DNA of 64,000 bases from a virus: positions 8,555-72,554 of IMG/VR virus record IMGVR_UViG_3300020204_000022; one strand, 5' to 3'. Position 1 is the first letter of the stretch; every line of letters starts with the position of its first letter. Of the stretch, positions 9,980-21,237 are shown piece after piece. The notes beneath the pieces are model-generated. The model worked only from the letters and a program-made list of their open reading frames with translations, was not told where the DNA came from and ran no database searches. Both the position numbers and the translations under genes were made by a program.

Positions 9980-12502
9980 ATGGCATACACCACAACTTCT
10001 AAATACATACAGCTAACTCCTTATCTGGTGTTGGAATACATGTATGCTGCTCAACCAAATCCACAAACTTACAATGTTAACACCGGGGGAGGAAATCCGA
10101 CAGTGGGATTCAACAAGTTGATTAATGGGATTTTAGAATACAAAGGATCACCGACCAACGAAGTTCAAATTTTCAATTTGAACCAAAATTATGTCACAAC
10201 ACAAAACACCGCCCTGAACAATGTGGTAAAAACTTCGGAAAATTCTTTTATACCTCTAAATCCTAATTTGATTGTTCCTTACAACGATTTTAATCCCAAG
10301 CTGACACCTACCGCCAACCTGGAAATTTCTTTTCCAGATAATATTTCAGTTGTATACGACACGGTGAGATATCACATTTTGCAAGGATATAATTTGGAAA
10401 ACATAGATGGTCTAATCATATCCATATCCTATTTGGATCAGGATTTATCCTATGTTACTTTCTCGCAAATTGAGATAAGCTCGGGTACAGCACAAAATTA
10501 CACCTTAGATCCCAACCCTTTAACAATAGGTTCAAATATTTACGACAAATATTTTCAAATTTTAGTTCCATCTTTGGTTGACATGAACAACCAATATGCA
10601 GCAGCCTCTTATCCAAATAAACCGAACACACTAGCTGGAAAAACATCGAGAAGTGGAAGGGGCTATGTTACCGGTTCACCCATGAGAATTTCGGTGTGGC
10701 AAATAGATGATACAACACAAGTCAATGGATATGATCAATATGGATCCACTTTATATGCAACTTTATCTTTGGAATCGGAGGATCCATTTTTCAACGTTGG
10801 GGCTTACATAGGTTCTGCCCGGAACGGCGATTATTTCGAATACTTCGCCACTGATTCGGGTGGATTCATCGAAAATTTCATTCTTTTTCAAAATTCTATC
10901 GGTAACCAATATTATATCGATCATAAAGTTGAAACTTTGGAACAAATTGGTGCATCTTTTATTGTTACCAACAATTTTTCAACCATACAAACTACTGCAT
11001 TTGATGTTCCCCTTCTGTATAGACCCATTGTTAGATACCCATCCGTTGCATCAGGATTTACCTTGAGTTACACAATGACCTTGGTTAATTCGGTTGATCA
11101 GTCACGACTGGTAAGAAATGCCTCTTTCACTTCTTTGGATACTGGTAGATATGGACCAGAAATTGCACCACTTCAACTTTCAGTTTTTCCTCAAACCCAA
11201 AAAATTTACAATAAACTAGCAAATCAGTCCTCAATTTCGGTTCCCGCCAACACTCTTGTTCCAAGAGAAACTATCAAATATCAAAATGTTTTTGTTGAAA
11301 ATAACACGGTGAATTTGACTATGTCCAATTTATCCGTGAAAGGATTCACAATCGACCAGGCAGACGGGGGGGTTACTCAAACAATATCCTATGGGCTAGG
11401 ACAGGCTTACATTCGTATTTCTCCGTTTGATAATTTCTACAAGTTCACTTTTTACAAAAGAAATGCAAACGGAACTATGGATTTGTTAGATCTCACTTCC
11501 TCTGGAACCTTCAAGTTGGTTTTCATCGACAACAAGAACAATAAATTATTTGCCCCTTCAATAGTTGGAAATAATTTGGCAAATGCTGCAAAGGGTGAAC
11601 TAGCATTCAAGGTAGATGAAAGTTTGGCAAATCAAATTTTAACCTTCACCAACCGAAGATTTTATGTTTCTAACCAGCCAGTGGTTGCCCAAAGTAGTAA
11701 AGAAAGTCAAACTCCTCTTTTTTCTAAACTGTCATCTGTGAAGGAAAGATTTGCCAAGAAATCCCTTTCTGCCTCTGATTCTATACAAGACATTCAATTG
11801 GCTGGTCGAGGTTCAACAAAAGATAACTCGCAAGGAACAGCAAGAATTTCCGGGTCTTCCTCTTCTGTTCTATATTATGGAAATTGGTTGAAGGATAACG
11901 AGCCTATCCCTGCTTTATTTTCTTCCTTTGATACTTCAGGGTCTTCTACTCCTATCGTACCATCTCCATCTTCTTTCCAAACCTCAGGAAGTAAATTGAC
12001 ACCAATACAAAGTTATTGGCAACAGTTTCAAAGTTCTCAGGCGGGAGCGACCGGAATCTCTGGTATTTCATCTGGCGGGGTACAGCCTGCAAGAGCCCTG
12101 GATATTATGGGTATAGCAGCATTCAAAGCGGCTATAGCTTCCGATGTTCAGGGAAAGGTTGATTCTGGATGGGCATCTTCCCAAATTATCGATTATTTTC
12201 TAAATCCTTCTTCCGTAGGATTTAAATTGTATTCCGGAATTACGAAACAAATATTTACAGATGCCGTATCTGGACTTTTTGGATCTTACGGAGTATCTGG
12301 TCAGCTATTCATGGATGAATTAGCTGCATATGGAAACACCCAAGGCGGTTTGGACACCGGAGGTCCTGCCGCTCAAGGAGGAAGCAATGCAAATCAAAGC
12401 GGATCTGATTCGGGAAGTCCAAATCGTCCAACTTTTCCTTCTGGTGGAGGTAGCACAAACACAAGACCACCTTCTGGTGGATATAGACCAAGAGGAAATT
12501 GA
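9980..12502 (+). CDS. Large structural-type protein with Ser/Gly-rich disordered C-terminus
   Basis: 840 codons of beta-type composition. The last ~250 aa are S/G/P/Q low complexity (..GGPAAQGGSNANQSGSDSGSPNRPTFPSGGGSTNTRPPSGGYRPRGN). Sits inside the structural block. Confidence 0.55.
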   Translation: MAYTTTSKYIQLTPYLVLEYMYAAQPNPQTYNVNTGGGNPTVGFNKLINGILEYKGSPTNEVQIFNLNQNYVTTQNTALNNVVKTSENSFIPLNPNLIVPYNDFNPKLTPTANLEISFPDNISVVYDTVRYHILQGYNLENIDGLIISISYLDQDLSYVTFSQIEISSGTAQNYTLDPNPLTIGSNIYDKYFQILVPSLVDMNNQYAAASYPNKPNTLAGKTSRSGRGYVTGSPMRISVWQIDDTTQVNGYDQYGSTLYATLSLESEDPFFNVGAYIGSARNGDYFEYFATDSGGFIENFILFQNSIGNQYYIDHKVETLEQIGASFIVTNNFSTIQTTAFDVPLLYRPIVRYPSVASGFTLSYTMTLVNSVDQSRLVRNASFTSLDTGRYGPEIAPLQLSVFPQTQKIYNKLANQSSISVPANTLVPRETIKYQNVFVENNTVNLTMSNLSVKGFTIDQADGGVTQTISYGLGQAYIRISPFDNFYKFTFYKRNANGTMDLLDLTSSGTFKLVFIDNKNNKLFAPSIVGNNLANAAKGELAFKVDESLANQILTFTNRRFYVSNQPVVAQSSKESQTPLFSKLSSVKERFAKKSLSASDSIQDIQLAGRGSTKDNSQGTARISGSSSSVLYYGNWLKDNEPIPALFSSFDTSGSSTPIVPSPSSFQTSGSKLTPIQSYWQQFQSSQAGATGISGISSGGVQPARALDIMGIAAFKAAIASDVQGKVDSGWASSQIIDYFLNPSSVGFKLYSGITKQIFTDAVSGLFGSYGVSGQLFMDELAAYGNTQGGLDTGGPAAQGGSNANQSGSDSGSPNRPTFPSGGGSTNTRPPSGGYRPRGN

Positions 12503-12521
12503 TAAAAATGATTTTGATTGA

Positions 12522-13079
12522 ATGGCAATTTTAAACGCAAGATCCAATTCTTTTTATTTCAATTTTCCGAAGGGTTTTTTTCCACTTTCCGTGGAAAATA
12601 GATGGATAGATTATTTGAAAAAACAACCAACTCCTTACGACACAATCACTTCTTACATGAACAGCAGCATACAATCGGTGGGATTTCCTACTTTGACTGC
12701 CGGACTAGTTTCACAAACAAAAAATCTAGGAAAGGAAATCAATTATCAAAGTGCCACTCCCGTTCAGGATCTTTTCTCTAGGGATTTTGATGTCACATTT
12801 AGAATTGGTGAGGGATTTTCGAATTATTTTATCATGTTGGAAACAGTTCTCGATAAATTAGCATTTCAAAATGATAACATTTTCACCCCTGTTTTACCAT
12901 TAAGAATTTTAAATAATGAGGGGGGAATTGTTGTTTCTGTTCTTTTCAAAGAGGTTACTCTAACCGGGGTTGGAACAATAAACCTAAATTACACGAATAA
13001 CTCCCCTTCTGTTAACACTTTTACGGTTGGATTTAAATGTAATTATTTGAGTTTTGATTACGAGGTTTCTAGAACCTAG
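12522..13079 (+). CDS. Hypothetical virion protein (weak resemblance to tail-tube-type proteins)
   Basis: 185 codons starting 19 nt after the previous gene. The all-beta pattern and the C-terminal ...[17 protein letters not shown] only loosely recall the gp19 family. No function is claimed. Confidence 0.45.
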   Translation: MAILNARSNSFYFNFPKGFFPLSVENRWIDYLKKQPTPYDTITSYMNSSIQSVGFPTLTAGLVSQTKNLGKEINYQSATPVQDLFSRDFDVTFRIGEGFSNYFIMLETVLDKLAFQNDNIFTPVLPLRILNNEGGIVVSVLFKEVTLTGVGTINLNYTNNSPSVNTFTVGFKCNYLSFDYEVSRT

Positions 13080-13081
13080 AT

Positions 13082-13091
13082 AGATATATAG
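13082..13091 (+). promoter_or_regulatory. GATATATA-type conserved upstream motif
   Basis: AGATATATAG, 14 nt before ATG 13106. Confidence 0.5.
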
Positions 13092-13105
13092 AAAAAAAAC
13101 ATCGA

Positions 13106-16100
13106 ATGTCAACATCGAGACCATTTGCCTATAATGCCGGTGGAACAGGAAATAGGATTCCAGGAACTTTACAAATAGGAACTTTGTCCGTTGGTGGTAC
13201 GGCAGACGCATACACTTATCAATCCCCAGGTGGTTTGAAATGGTGGAACGGGCCGGACGAGGAATTAGGTTGGATATTAGCCAACCCTGTTCCTTCAGAA
13301 ACTCAGCCTACCATTGTGGTGTTGGGCCCTAAAATAAATCCTAAAGGTTGGTCTATCGATACAGACAATACTACTTATCCCGAGGGAATAACAGGAGAGA
13401 TTACGGGTCCAGGTCAGACTGCGGATGGATTTATTTATTATGACGTGCGAATTACGGGATCTTCGGCTGGAGATGGGCAGGCAAAAATTGTTCTTGCCAC
13501 CAATCCTTCTCCGGTTTCTGCTTCTTCTGGACAGAAATGGACCCTTACGGCCACTTTATCTTTGCAATCCGGAACTCTTCCTTTGAATAATAGTGTTTTT
13601 GTTGAGCTCCAAGAGATGAGCAATGCTACAGAAGGACCATCCTCCCAATCACTTGCGAACAAAGTTTCAAATTCAAACCTACAACAACCTGTAGAATATT
13701 ATGTTATTAGGCAGCTCACCGGAGTTTCAACAAATGCAATCAGAGGGGAAATTTCGATTTCCTTGCCTGCATTCGACGAATGCGATTTCACAATTAGAAT
13801 TGCAGCACCAACATTTGGCTTATCTGTGTTAGCGGGGGTTGGATTCAACCAGGCATCCACTTATTCTGAATTCATATCCCTGCTCGAGAGATCAACCGGT
13901 CAAGTTTTCGGAGACAATGGTGACGCAGCCGTTCTGTACATGAATTCCAACAATTTGTGGTCCACATATAATCCAGCACAACAAGAAAATTTAATTGTTT
14001 CATTGGATGCTGCCAATTACTCTTCTTATCCCCAAGCCGGTTCAACCTGGTTTAATTTGGTTGCTGACCAACAGGGGATTCCTTCGGCAAGTTTAGTTAA
14101 TTCTCCATCTTGGTCTTCTGAAAATGGAGGGCAATTTAGATTCACTGATTCATCTAATCAAAAAGCCTTTTTAAATTCCACAATTGAATCTACTGAGGGA
14201 TGGAGTTTGGAATCTTGGTTTTATCTGGAAACCGATTTGCAAGGAAAGAATACTTCATTAATAACATCATGGGAACTTGGTGATGATGTGCCTTTCCAGC
14301 TGGGAACTTGTGTAAATCACCCTGGTGAACATACTGGAACGTTAGATGTAGGTATAAGAGTGGAAAATGTGTGGTATACCTCCGCGTCCAATTTTACTCC
14401 CGAAACTGGAAGGTGGTATCATGTGGTTGGAACATTTGATGGATTCACTCTCAGACTTTTTGTAGATGGAGTTCAACAGAATGTTAATGTTGTTCCAAAT
14501 GAAACGGAATTTTCCCTGTTTGAAACTAAAGTTAATATAGGTTCTGACGCTTCCCAATCATCTGCAGACCCTGCAAATTATTTGAATGGAAAAATCGCTT
14601 TGACTAGAATTTATGGTAGGGCTTTGACGCCAGAAGCTGTTTTGGAAAACTTCAATGCCAACACAATTCGTTTTTCTAATTTGGTTCTTTCCTCGTATGT
14701 TGATTCTGGGTCTATAATTTTCACCTATACTTTGCAGGATATTGTTCCGCAGAAAGCCAACATAGAGGTAAACTTCAAACACCAAATGACTTTAAGTGGA
14801 AATCCTCTCGAGATTACATCCACTTTGATTTTGTATGCCGGACAAACTAGTGCATCGATCAGATATGAAGCCAACTGGGATGGGGCTACCGCTGGGAATT
14901 TATCAAATGCCGGTACTTTATCCGTTCTATCTATAACTTCCAACGAGCAAATTGTGTACACGGTTGATGCATTAAACGCAACCACAGATGCAGCTCCAAC
15001 ACCTCCCGCGGGTCTTCCTTATGCTTCTCCTATTTTAGTTTCACAGACACCCACTCCCTATGCAACTCCTACACCAACACCAACAACTTGTTCTAATCCA
15101 ACCACCTGTTTTGCCTGGACTTACTCTAACGTGAGTAATGCAACTGTAAGTGTTGTTGGATGTGATTGTTCGCAAACGATCGAAAATATTGAAATAGACG
15201 AGGCCGACACGGTTACTTTTTATTCTCCTTTTCAGCCAACTTTTTCGTCGGGAACTTATGGAGAAAATACCAGCACAACCCCAGCTAATAATTTTGGATA
15301 TTTTCCAGAAAATGCTGATAACAGATTATGTGCGTGGATTTGGACTAGACCAGATCAGGGAAGACAGGGAAGACTTTACTATACCTCCGGAACCGGGGTT
15401 CAAACTTTTAATATTAATATACAGCCGGGACAAGTACGTCAAATTTGTTATTCTTATCTCGTTTATTCCAGTGACCTTTATATTTATCCCGGAAATTCCG
15501 CAACTCCTTCTTGGTCGCAGGGAAATATTCTTCGATGCTCAAACTTTGCAACGACACAATGTGGTCTGAATTGTAATTGTTATAAGTGGGATACCACATC
15601 AACAGGACCAGTGATGGGAGCATCTGCCCCCTTCATAGTCTATTATACGTCATGTAACAACGAAGACACCACATTGTATTCTCAGGTAATCGATAAAGAT
15701 ACTCAAGGATCAATTTGTTCCTATGCCTTGCTTCGGATGGAACAACCAGATGGGGGAGGAGCACCAGTCCCATTCGAATATGCTTTCACCAATGCAGTTA
15801 ATACCAATCCCACTTTCCCCGCAGGTGGAAGTGGAGCCCAGGGATTCAACATAAATGCTTCACCGTGTAATGAAGAGTATTATGCCTCATATCCAGTTTC
15901 CCCGTCGAACATTTACAGTATTTCTGCTTCAACCCTGGCTGCAACTGGAGGGATGATCGACTTCCAAATTAGATTCAGCGTAAATGGTTCTTTCCCAACA
16001 ACAGTTAGTTCGAACACAAATCGAATTGAGATACAATTCTCAACAGCAACTCCTGGAACTTTGGGAGGTTTTTGTACAGGCCAAACTGTTGGGAATGCAA

Positions 16101-18037
16101 TTTGGGTTCTTATTGGAACAGGAAATGATTACCAAGGTCTAGATGTTTGGTATAATTTCAAGGTTACATCAATATCGTCAGACTCAGTAGGAGGTGTATC
16201 TACCAAATACACGTTTGGGGTTGATTTTATGTCTTCATCTGAAGCCCAACAATCATCAAGAAATGTTGCGGGAATAACAATAACATCTGGATTAACCACA
16301 AACCTTGGAAATTTAACTGGATGGGATTTTTTAACTTGGGATGAACCAAATTCAAACGTTGATCCAGGATATATTACTTCTTTTTCAGGAGGATCATGGA
16401 ACGTTTTTGACAGATTGACACCGCAAATTTGGATTAACCCCCAAACTACAGACGAAGGAGATGCCATACAAAGTCAATTTCAACTTAGAGATTATATCTG
16501 GCTAAGATGGGAAAGTGGAGGAGATTATAATTACCAATTATTGAGAATTTGGCGTGACACACCTCCACGAAATCCTTCTACTCAAGTCACCGAATATTTT
16601 ACTCAGTATCAGTTTGGCCCAGTAGCAGGAATTGTCCCGGAAACTACTGTTACTCTTCTTCCTGCAGGAGTTCCCTACTGGGATACAGTTTGTCAATCAA
16701 GCTTTGAGCCTTCTCCAACTCCTATAAGAGTAACGCCTACACCAACTCTTACCCCGCTTGATAGAACTTGTAATTGTTGGAAGGTTGATGTTACTCCTGG
16801 TACAGATGTTAGAATACAATACATGGATTGTATAACTGGTCAAACCATAAATTTGAATGCCCGAAGATATCCGACGATGATCTGCGCTAATGGATCTTGG
16901 ACACCTCCCACAATAACCGGTGTTAGTTTTAGTCAAACCTGTTCCAATTGTTGTTTAAACAATGGAGACTGTAGACCTCCAGCTCCAACCCCATCTAACA
17001 CCCCCACAATTTCTTTAACCCCGACAAATACACCAACATGTACCCCGACCAGCACCGAATTTGTGCCATTATCATCAACACCTACAGAAACACCCACACC
17101 AACTCCTACGCCTACTCAAACCAGTACTAATACGCCGACTCCTACCCAAACCCCGACAGTAACTCCTACCCAAACTCCAACTGGAACTCCAACTGGAACT
17201 CCAACTGGAACTCCAACTGGAACTCCAACTGGAACTCCAACCCCAACACCATCTCAATCTTTCGTGTTCACCTGTGGTACTTCTACTGTTTCTGATATAG
17301 ATGGCAATGTGTACCAAACCGTTCTTCTAGGGTCTGCTTGTTGGATGAAATCAAATCTTAGAACTTCTAGATACAATGACGGAACACCTATCGCATATGT
17401 TGCTCCAGCATCCTGGAATATAACCACCATTACCCCTCAGTACACATCAGCGAGCGGTACTGGTGGAACAGAGAGAGAAGGGAATTTTTACAATTGGTAT
17501 GCTCTTACCGGGCCTTCTGGGCAAACCCCCGGTCAAAGTATATGTCCATCCGGTTGGAGAGTTGCTACACTGTCAGATTTCAACACCATGTTTGCTTATT
17601 TCGGGAATGGCGGAACCGGTAGTGCAAGTATCCCTCAGGCTGAGAGATATGCTTATACAAATGCTCCCGGTGTCACGTTTACGACTAACAACCCCCTTAT
17701 ACAAGCTACGTTTGGATATCAAAATTTTAGGCCTAGTCCCCAGTCGACTTGTGCTGGGCTATGGGATTATGTTGATGGGTACGGAACCGCGCAACAATCA
17801 GGTAACATATTCACCTGTGGAAATACAGATTTTTCTTCTCAGGTTACAGGAGCTATCACCCAAAACGGTACAATATTCGGGCCTTTTTGGAGTGATTACC
17901 ATTGGACCTTCGACGGGGAATATCCAAACAACAATCAAGATAGAGCTGTTTTTGCGGGATGGCATGACGACAACAACATCTATTATTTTGCCGCTGGTCC
18001 AGGTTACGGAGGCACTTGTAGATGTGTTAAAATATAA
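13106..18037 (+). CDS. Giant modular adhesin / receptor-binding fibre protein (LamG-like + Cys modules + PT linkers + FISUMP-like C-terminal domain)
   Basis: LamG/ConA-like pattern ([44 protein letters not shown]). Three C-x-C-[YW] modules. Pro/Thr linkers including (TGTP)5. C-terminal domain [43 protein letters not shown] is typical of the Fibrobacter succinogenes major paralogous domain. AGATATATAG lies 14 nt upstream. Confidence 0.75.
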   Translation: MSTSRPFAYNAGGTGNRIPGTLQIGTLSVGGTADAYTYQSPGGLKWWNGPDEELGWILANPVPSETQPTIVVLGPKINPKGWSIDTDNTTYPEGITGEITGPGQTADGFIYYDVRITGSSAGDGQAKIVLATNPSPVSASSGQKWTLTATLSLQSGTLPLNNSVFVELQEMSNATEGPSSQSLANKVSNSNLQQPVEYYVIRQLTGVSTNAIRGEISISLPAFDECDFTIRIAAPTFGLSVLAGVGFNQASTYSEFISLLERSTGQVFGDNGDAAVLYMNSNNLWSTYNPAQQENLIVSLDAANYSSYPQAGSTWFNLVADQQGIPSASLVNSPSWSSENGGQFRFTDSSNQKAFLNSTIESTEGWSLESWFYLETDLQGKNTSLITSWELGDDVPFQLGTCVNHPGEHTGTLDVGIRVENVWYTSASNFTPETGRWYHVVGTFDGFTLRLFVDGVQQNVNVVPNETEFSLFETKVNIGSDASQSSADPANYLNGKIALTRIYGRALTPEAVLENFNANTIRFSNLVLSSYVDSGSIIFTYTLQDIVPQKANIEVNFKHQMTLSGNPLEITSTLILYAGQTSASIRYEANWDGATAGNLSNAGTLSVLSITSNEQIVYTVDALNATTDAAPTPPAGLPYASPILVSQTPTPYATPTPTPTTCSNPTTCFAWTYSNVSNATVSVVGCDCSQTIENIEIDEADTVTFYSPFQPTFSSGTYGENTSTTPANNFGYFPENADNRLCAWIWTRPDQGRQGRLYYTSGTGVQTFNINIQPGQVRQICYSYLVYSSDLYIYPGNSATPSWSQGNILRCSNFATTQCGLNCNCYKWDTTSTGPVMGASAPFIVYYTSCNNEDTTLYSQVIDKDTQGSICSYALLRMEQPDGGGAPVPFEYAFTNAVNTNPTFPAGGSGAQGFNINASPCNEEYYASYPVSPSNIYSISASTLAATGGMIDFQIRFSVNGSFPTTVSSNTNRIEIQFSTATPGTLGGFCTGQTVGNAIWVLIGTGNDYQGLDVWYNFKVTSISSDSVGGVSTKYTFGVDFMSSSEAQQSSRNVAGITITSGLTTNLGNLTGWDFLTWDEPNSNVDPGYITSFSGGSWNVFDRLTPQIWINPQTTDEGDAIQSQFQLRDYIWLRWESGGDYNYQLLRIWRDTPPRNPSTQVTEYFTQYQFGPVAGIVPETTVTLLPAGVPYWDTVCQSSFEPSPTPIRVTPTPTLTPLDRTCNCWKVDVTPGTDVRIQYMDCITGQTINLNARRYPTMICANGSWTPPTITGVSFSQTCSNCCLNNGDCRPPAPTPSNTPTISLTPTNTPTCTPTSTEFVPLSSTPTETPTPTPTPTQTSTNTPTPTQTPTVTPTQTPTGTPTGTPTGTPTGTPTGTPTPTPSQSFVFTCGTSTVSDIDGNVYQTVLLGSACWMKSNLRTSRYNDGTPIAYVAPASWNITTITPQYTSASGTGGTEREGNFYNWYALTGPSGQTPGQSICPSGWRVATLSDFNTMFAYFGNGGTGSASIPQAERYAYTNAPGVTFTTNNPLIQATFGYQNFRPSPQSTCAGLWDYVDGYGTAQQSGNIFTCGNTDFSSQVTGAITQNGTIFGPFWSDYHWTFDGEYPNNNQDRAVFAGWHDDNNIYYFAAGPGYGGTCRCVKI
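17174..17242 (+). repeat. 12-bp microsatellite-like coding repeat (ACTCCAACTGGA x5.7) encoding (TGTP)n linker
   Basis: Five perfect 12-mers at 17174, 17186, 17198, 17210 and 17222, plus a partial copy. Confidence 0.9.
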
Positions 18038-18047
18038 AAAAAATATC

Positions 18048-18293
18048 ATGAAAAAATTCTCAGAACTGACAAAGATAAACGAAATGAAGTATGGACAGCC
18101 CATGTACGGTGAAAACGACTTCAAACAACATCGTAAAAATTTGCTGGTTGCTGCCTCTGGCAACGATCAGCGGGTTTTAAATGATATTGTCGATTGTTTA
18201 ACAGACGAACAGATGGAAAAGTGCTACTCCAAACTTCTCAAGGTTTATAATTACACGGGAAAAGTTGGAGAGGCAGTACCTCCTACTGTCTAA
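18048..18293 (+). CDS. Hypothetical small protein
   Basis: Only the last 246 nt of tracked ORF 17463..18293 lie outside the adhesin gene. An in-frame ATG at 18048 sits 10 nt after the adhesin stop. The N-terminus MKKFSELTKINE is a weak version of the leader motif. Confidence 0.45.
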   Translation: MKKFSELTKINEMKYGQPMYGENDFKQHRKNLLVAASGNDQRVLNDIVDCLTDEQMEKCYSKLLKVYNYTGKVGEAVPPTV

Positions 18294-18306
18294 TTTTTGT
18301 CGAAGG

Positions 18307-18636
18307 ATGTTGGGTTTGATTGATATCCAATATGGATTTGATCCCTCCGGCAATCCCTTGTCTTTTGCTTTAAATCCAAAACATGTGGGATCGGTTTATA
18401 CGGGTCCTACTGGATTTTACATTTTTCTGAACGCGGTGAATACCAATATTTCACTAAATGATAAAAATTATTCCACCAAAATTTTTTTTAATTCCCCCAA
18501 TTCGAATGTCGCACAGTCGATGGAGAACGAGTGGATTTCTGCAACAAATTCTTTGATTGTAGAACCTCAGATTGTGAAATTAAATTTTTCCTCTCAGGGG
18601 TGTACATTCGAACAAACAATTGTTTTTTCTCCGTGA
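18307..18636 (+). CDS. Hypothetical protein
   Basis: In-frame ATG at 18307 (MLGLIDIQYGF...), just after the stop of 18048..18293. The tracked start at 18265 would overlap that gene. Confidence 0.4.
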   Translation: MLGLIDIQYGFDPSGNPLSFALNPKHVGSVYTGPTGFYIFLNAVNTNISLNDKNYSTKIFFNSPNSNVAQSMENEWISATNSLIVEPQIVKLNFSSQGCTFEQTIVFSP

Positions 18637-18962
18637 AAAAAATTATTATTTGTTACACGGCGGCACAAACCGCCCGAAAGTTAATTTTTTCTTCGAACGA
18701 TTTAACCCAATGTTTTGCTGCCCGGGATAATTGTATTTTGTATTTTAATACGATTTTCTCGTTGGAAGTATTGGACCCAGATTTTAAATATTACGGTACA
18801 TACGTACAATTCACGAAAATGAATCAAGGTTACAATTTATATTTTCAAATTTTACAATCTTTGTCGGGGATTTTCACGGACCCAAAAAAACCGGAAGCAA
18901 TTTTAGATTTTACTTCCGATGATGAGGTTGGATTATCGATCGGAAATATGGTTTCATTTTAA
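18633..18962 (+). CDS. Hypothetical protein (start uncertain)
   Basis: An in-frame GTG at 18633 gives a GTGA overlap with the upstream stop. The tracked start at 18531 would overlap by 100 nt. No ATG lies near the 5' end. Confidence 0.3.
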   Translation: MKKIIICYTAAQTARKLIFSSNDLTQCFAARDNCILYFNTIFSLEVLDPDFKYYGTYVQFTKMNQGYNLYFQILQSLSGIFTDPKKPEAILDFTSDDEVGLSIGNMVSF

Positions 18963-18966
18963 ATTC

Positions 18967-18976
18967 GAATATATAA
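18967..18976 (+). promoter_or_regulatory. GATATATA-type conserved upstream motif
   Basis: GAATATATAA, 19 nt before ATG 18996. Confidence 0.5.
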
Positions 18977-18995
18977 ATTCTAAAAATTCAAATTT

Positions 18996-19676
18996 ATGAC
19001 TTATCTTGGGATAGATTTTTCCCTAAATTCTCCATCTTGTTGTGTTTTGAATCAAAATAAATTTTTTTGGGTTAGCGTTACCCGATCTGATAAAAATTTA
19101 AAATCCTTGTCAAAATCTGCAGATAAACCCTATGCAGTTTTATCGAAATTTGAAAATTTCGAATTAGATGTTTTGGAAAAAAGGGTAATGCCAGATGATT
19201 ATTCCGAAAAGGAAAGAGTTAAAATTGATTATTTTTTAGAACTTGTTGATTTTTTCTGGGAAAAAATAAAAAATCACGTTGAATCCGGCCAAACAAAAAT
19301 TGCAATGGAGGGATTAAGTTTCGCGTCCAATGGTAATGCCTTGATTGATATTTCAATGGCAACCTCCTTGATGAGAGAAAGAATTGTGAAAAATATTGGA
19401 AGTGATAATTTCCACGTTTTTTCTCCAACTGCTGTTAAAAAATTTGCATTCAAAGGAAACGCCAAGAAGGATGAACTTTATCTTTCATTGTGTGGGCATG
19501 AACTTCCAGAAACAAATTTGAACGAATTCACTAAAACCCTTCGAATGTATCAATCCCAATGGATAACCCCGGCTAAAAGTGTAAATAAACCAGTGGATGA
19601 TCTGGTTGACGCCACCTGGATTTGTCTGAAGTTATTTCAGGACATGAAATCAGTAAAATCAAACGATGAAATTTAA
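18996..19676 (+). CDS. RuvC-like Holliday junction resolvase
   Basis: MTYLGIDFSLNSPS (GID-x-S catalytic Asp), central acidic IAMEGLSF, and C-terminal VDDLVDATWI (D-x-x-D). Together these give the RuvC/RNase H-fold pattern. GAATATATAA lies 19 nt upstream. Confidence 0.65.
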   Translation: MTYLGIDFSLNSPSCCVLNQNKFFWVSVTRSDKNLKSLSKSADKPYAVLSKFENFELDVLEKRVMPDDYSEKERVKIDYFLELVDFFWEKIKNHVESGQTKIAMEGLSFASNGNALIDISMATSLMRERIVKNIGSDNFHVFSPTAVKKFAFKGNAKKDELYLSLCGHELPETNLNEFTKTLRMYQSQWITPAKSVNKPVDDLVDATWICLKLFQDMKSVKSNDEI

Positions 19677-20130
19677 ATTCATTTCTCATCGGGGAAATTT
19701 GGCAGGACCGATGCCAGAATTCGAAAATAGACCAGATTATATTGACAATGCTTTGGATCTTGGATTTGATGTCGAGGTAGATCTATGGTCCTATGATAAT
19801 AAATTTTTCTTGGGCCATGATGAGGGAAAACATTCGGTTGATTTGGGCTGGCTGATTCAAAGAGAAAAAGGATTGTGGATTCACGTTAAAAACGAGGACG
19901 CCTTGATTCAAATGATGAAAACGGACTTGCACTATTTCTGTCACGAATCCGATCTGGCAACCTTGACCAGCCGTGGGTTTGTTTGGGTTTATCCAGGAAG
20001 ACAGCCCATCCCCGGCTCAATCGCAGTTTTGCCGGAGGTTCATCACGATCCAATCGATTCATGTCATGGAATATGTTCGGATCTTATAGCCGAATACAAA
20101 TTAAAAAAAGAAAAAAATAAGGATATATAA
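19666..20130 (+). CDS. Glycerophosphodiester phosphodiesterase (GDPD)-like protein, short form
   Basis: FISHRGN..ENRP..ALDLGFDVEVDLW..FFLGHD matches the HRG / EN / E-x-D / HD signature order of the GDPD family. Only 154 aa. Confidence 0.55.
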   Translation: MKFKFISHRGNLAGPMPEFENRPDYIDNALDLGFDVEVDLWSYDNKFFLGHDEGKHSVDLGWLIQREKGLWIHVKNEDALIQMMKTDLHYFCHESDLATLTSRGFVWVYPGRQPIPGSIAVLPEVHHDPIDSCHGICSDLIAEYKLKKEKNKDI

Positions 20131-20198
20131 GAAAATTAAAGGAAACTTTTCATTTTGAACGCAATTAAACACACAAATAAAAAAAAACTTAAAAAATT

Positions 20199-21179
20199 AT
20201 GAGCAACTTGGACATCTTCAATTTAGATTTGGAAAATTTTGTAACAAAAACAAATGAGAAAGGAGGTAAGGAATCTGAATTCTACAAGCCCTACCCCGAA
20301 AATGGAAAAGATGGAGTTTACAAGGCACTGGTGAGATTCGTTCCGAATATCTCGGATCCTGCTAAATCCAAAATCCACAAGTACTACGTGTATCTGACCG
20401 ATCCCTCCACAGGTGATGGATTTTCGGTCGACTGCCCATCAACGGTGGGAAAAAAATCAATTTTAAAAGACATCTTTTGGAAATTGAAGAATTCTCATTC
20501 GGCAGCAGATCAAGAATTGGCAAAAGGATTCGGCCGCAAGGAAGATTACTATGCCTTGATTCAAATTGTACAGGACAAAAACAATCCTGACTTGGAAGGC
20601 AAAATTATGATTTTCAAATTTGGTAAGAAGCTCAACGAAATGTTGGAAGCCCAGTTAAAACCAGAATATGGAGATCCTTGTAATCCATTCGATCTTTTTA
20701 GCGGAAAACTTTTTTCTATCCAATCCCGTAAAGTTGGCGAATGGAACAACTACGATCTCTGTTCTTTCGTCGGAGATAAATGTGCCATTGAAATTGACGG
20801 AAAGAAAATGAAGAAAAATCAGGAAGACATGGGGGCAATCACCGCCTATTTGGAATCTGGACCTTCGAATCTCACAGCCTTCGAGTACAAAGATTGGGAC
20901 GATGATTTGACCGAAAAAGTAATGGCGGTTGTTCGAAACACAGTTCCAGACGGAAGATTGGTTAATGAAATTTTAGGAGGAGTTAATAAATCTACTCATT
21001 CCCCCTCTAGGTCAGAGATCCCTGCCCAATCATCTTCTTTGTACGAAGAAGCAACTTCAACCAGAGTAGGTTCAGTTCCGGACGAAGAACCGGCAGCAAA
21101 GGCATCAAAGGCAGGTCTGAAAAGACCAGCAGCACCGACAAATGCTTCTTCTTTGGATGACCTATACGCAGATCTTTAA
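20199..21179 (+). CDS. T4 gp32-like single-stranded DNA-binding protein
   Basis: Collinear with T4 gp32 as I recall it: VRFVPN (T4 VIRFLP), GKIMIFKFGKKLNEML (T4 GKVFKYRFGKKIWDKI), and the acidic tail SSLDDLYADL (T4 ..DDLLNDL). A strong terminator follows. Confidence 0.75.
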   Translation: MSNLDIFNLDLENFVTKTNEKGGKESEFYKPYPENGKDGVYKALVRFVPNISDPAKSKIHKYYVYLTDPSTGDGFSVDCPSTVGKKSILKDIFWKLKNSHSAADQELAKGFGRKEDYYALIQIVQDKNNPDLEGKIMIFKFGKKLNEMLEAQLKPEYGDPCNPFDLFSGKLFSIQSRKVGEWNNYDLCSFVGDKCAIEIDGKKMKKNQEDMGAITAYLESGPSNLTAFEYKDWDDDLTEKVMAVVRNTVPDGRLVNEILGGVNKSTHSPSRSEIPAQSSSLYEEATSTRVGSVPDEEPAAKASKAGLKRPAAPTNASSLDDLYADL

Positions 21180-21203
21180 TTCGCATGCTTAAATTAAAAC
21201 CAC

Positions 21204-21229
21204 AAGGGGAGGGAAACCTCCCCTTTTTT
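21204..21229 (+). terminator. Rho-independent terminator after the gp32-like gene
   Basis: AAGGGGAGG-GAAA-CCTCCCCTT is a 9-bp stem followed by TTTTTT. Confidence 0.8.
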
Positions 21230-21237
21230 GTCAAACT

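Noticed and set aside
12309-12547. A cluster of small overlapping ORFs on both strands.
   Set aside because: They lie in the low-complexity Ser/Gly/Pro-coding 3' end of gene 9980..12502. They are shadow frames.
12522-13079. Assigning this 185-aa protein as a gp19-type tail tube protein, and 9980..12502 as a sheath, on size/order analogy with T4.
   Set aside because: There are only vague pattern similarities. The 840-aa protein has a disordered C-terminus unlike sheath proteins. Both are left as hypothetical.
17463-18047. The 5' part of tracked ORF 17463..18293 (276 aa).
   Set aside because: It overlaps the 3' end of the adhesin gene out of frame. Only the last 246 nt (18048..18293), beginning at an ATG just after the adhesin stop, is plausible.
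18655-18690. The hairpin GGCGG-CACAAA-CCGCC followed by a distant T-run, as a terminator.
   Set aside because: The stem has only 5 bp. The T-run lies ~15 nt downstream, and the element falls inside candidate CDS 18633..18962.
20131-20198. A possible gp32-type autoregulatory translational operator (pseudoknot plus A/U-rich tract) in the 5' UTR of the SSB gene.
   Set aside because: The A/U-rich tract is present but is the norm for every leader here. I could not fold a convincing pseudoknot or hairpin by eye.
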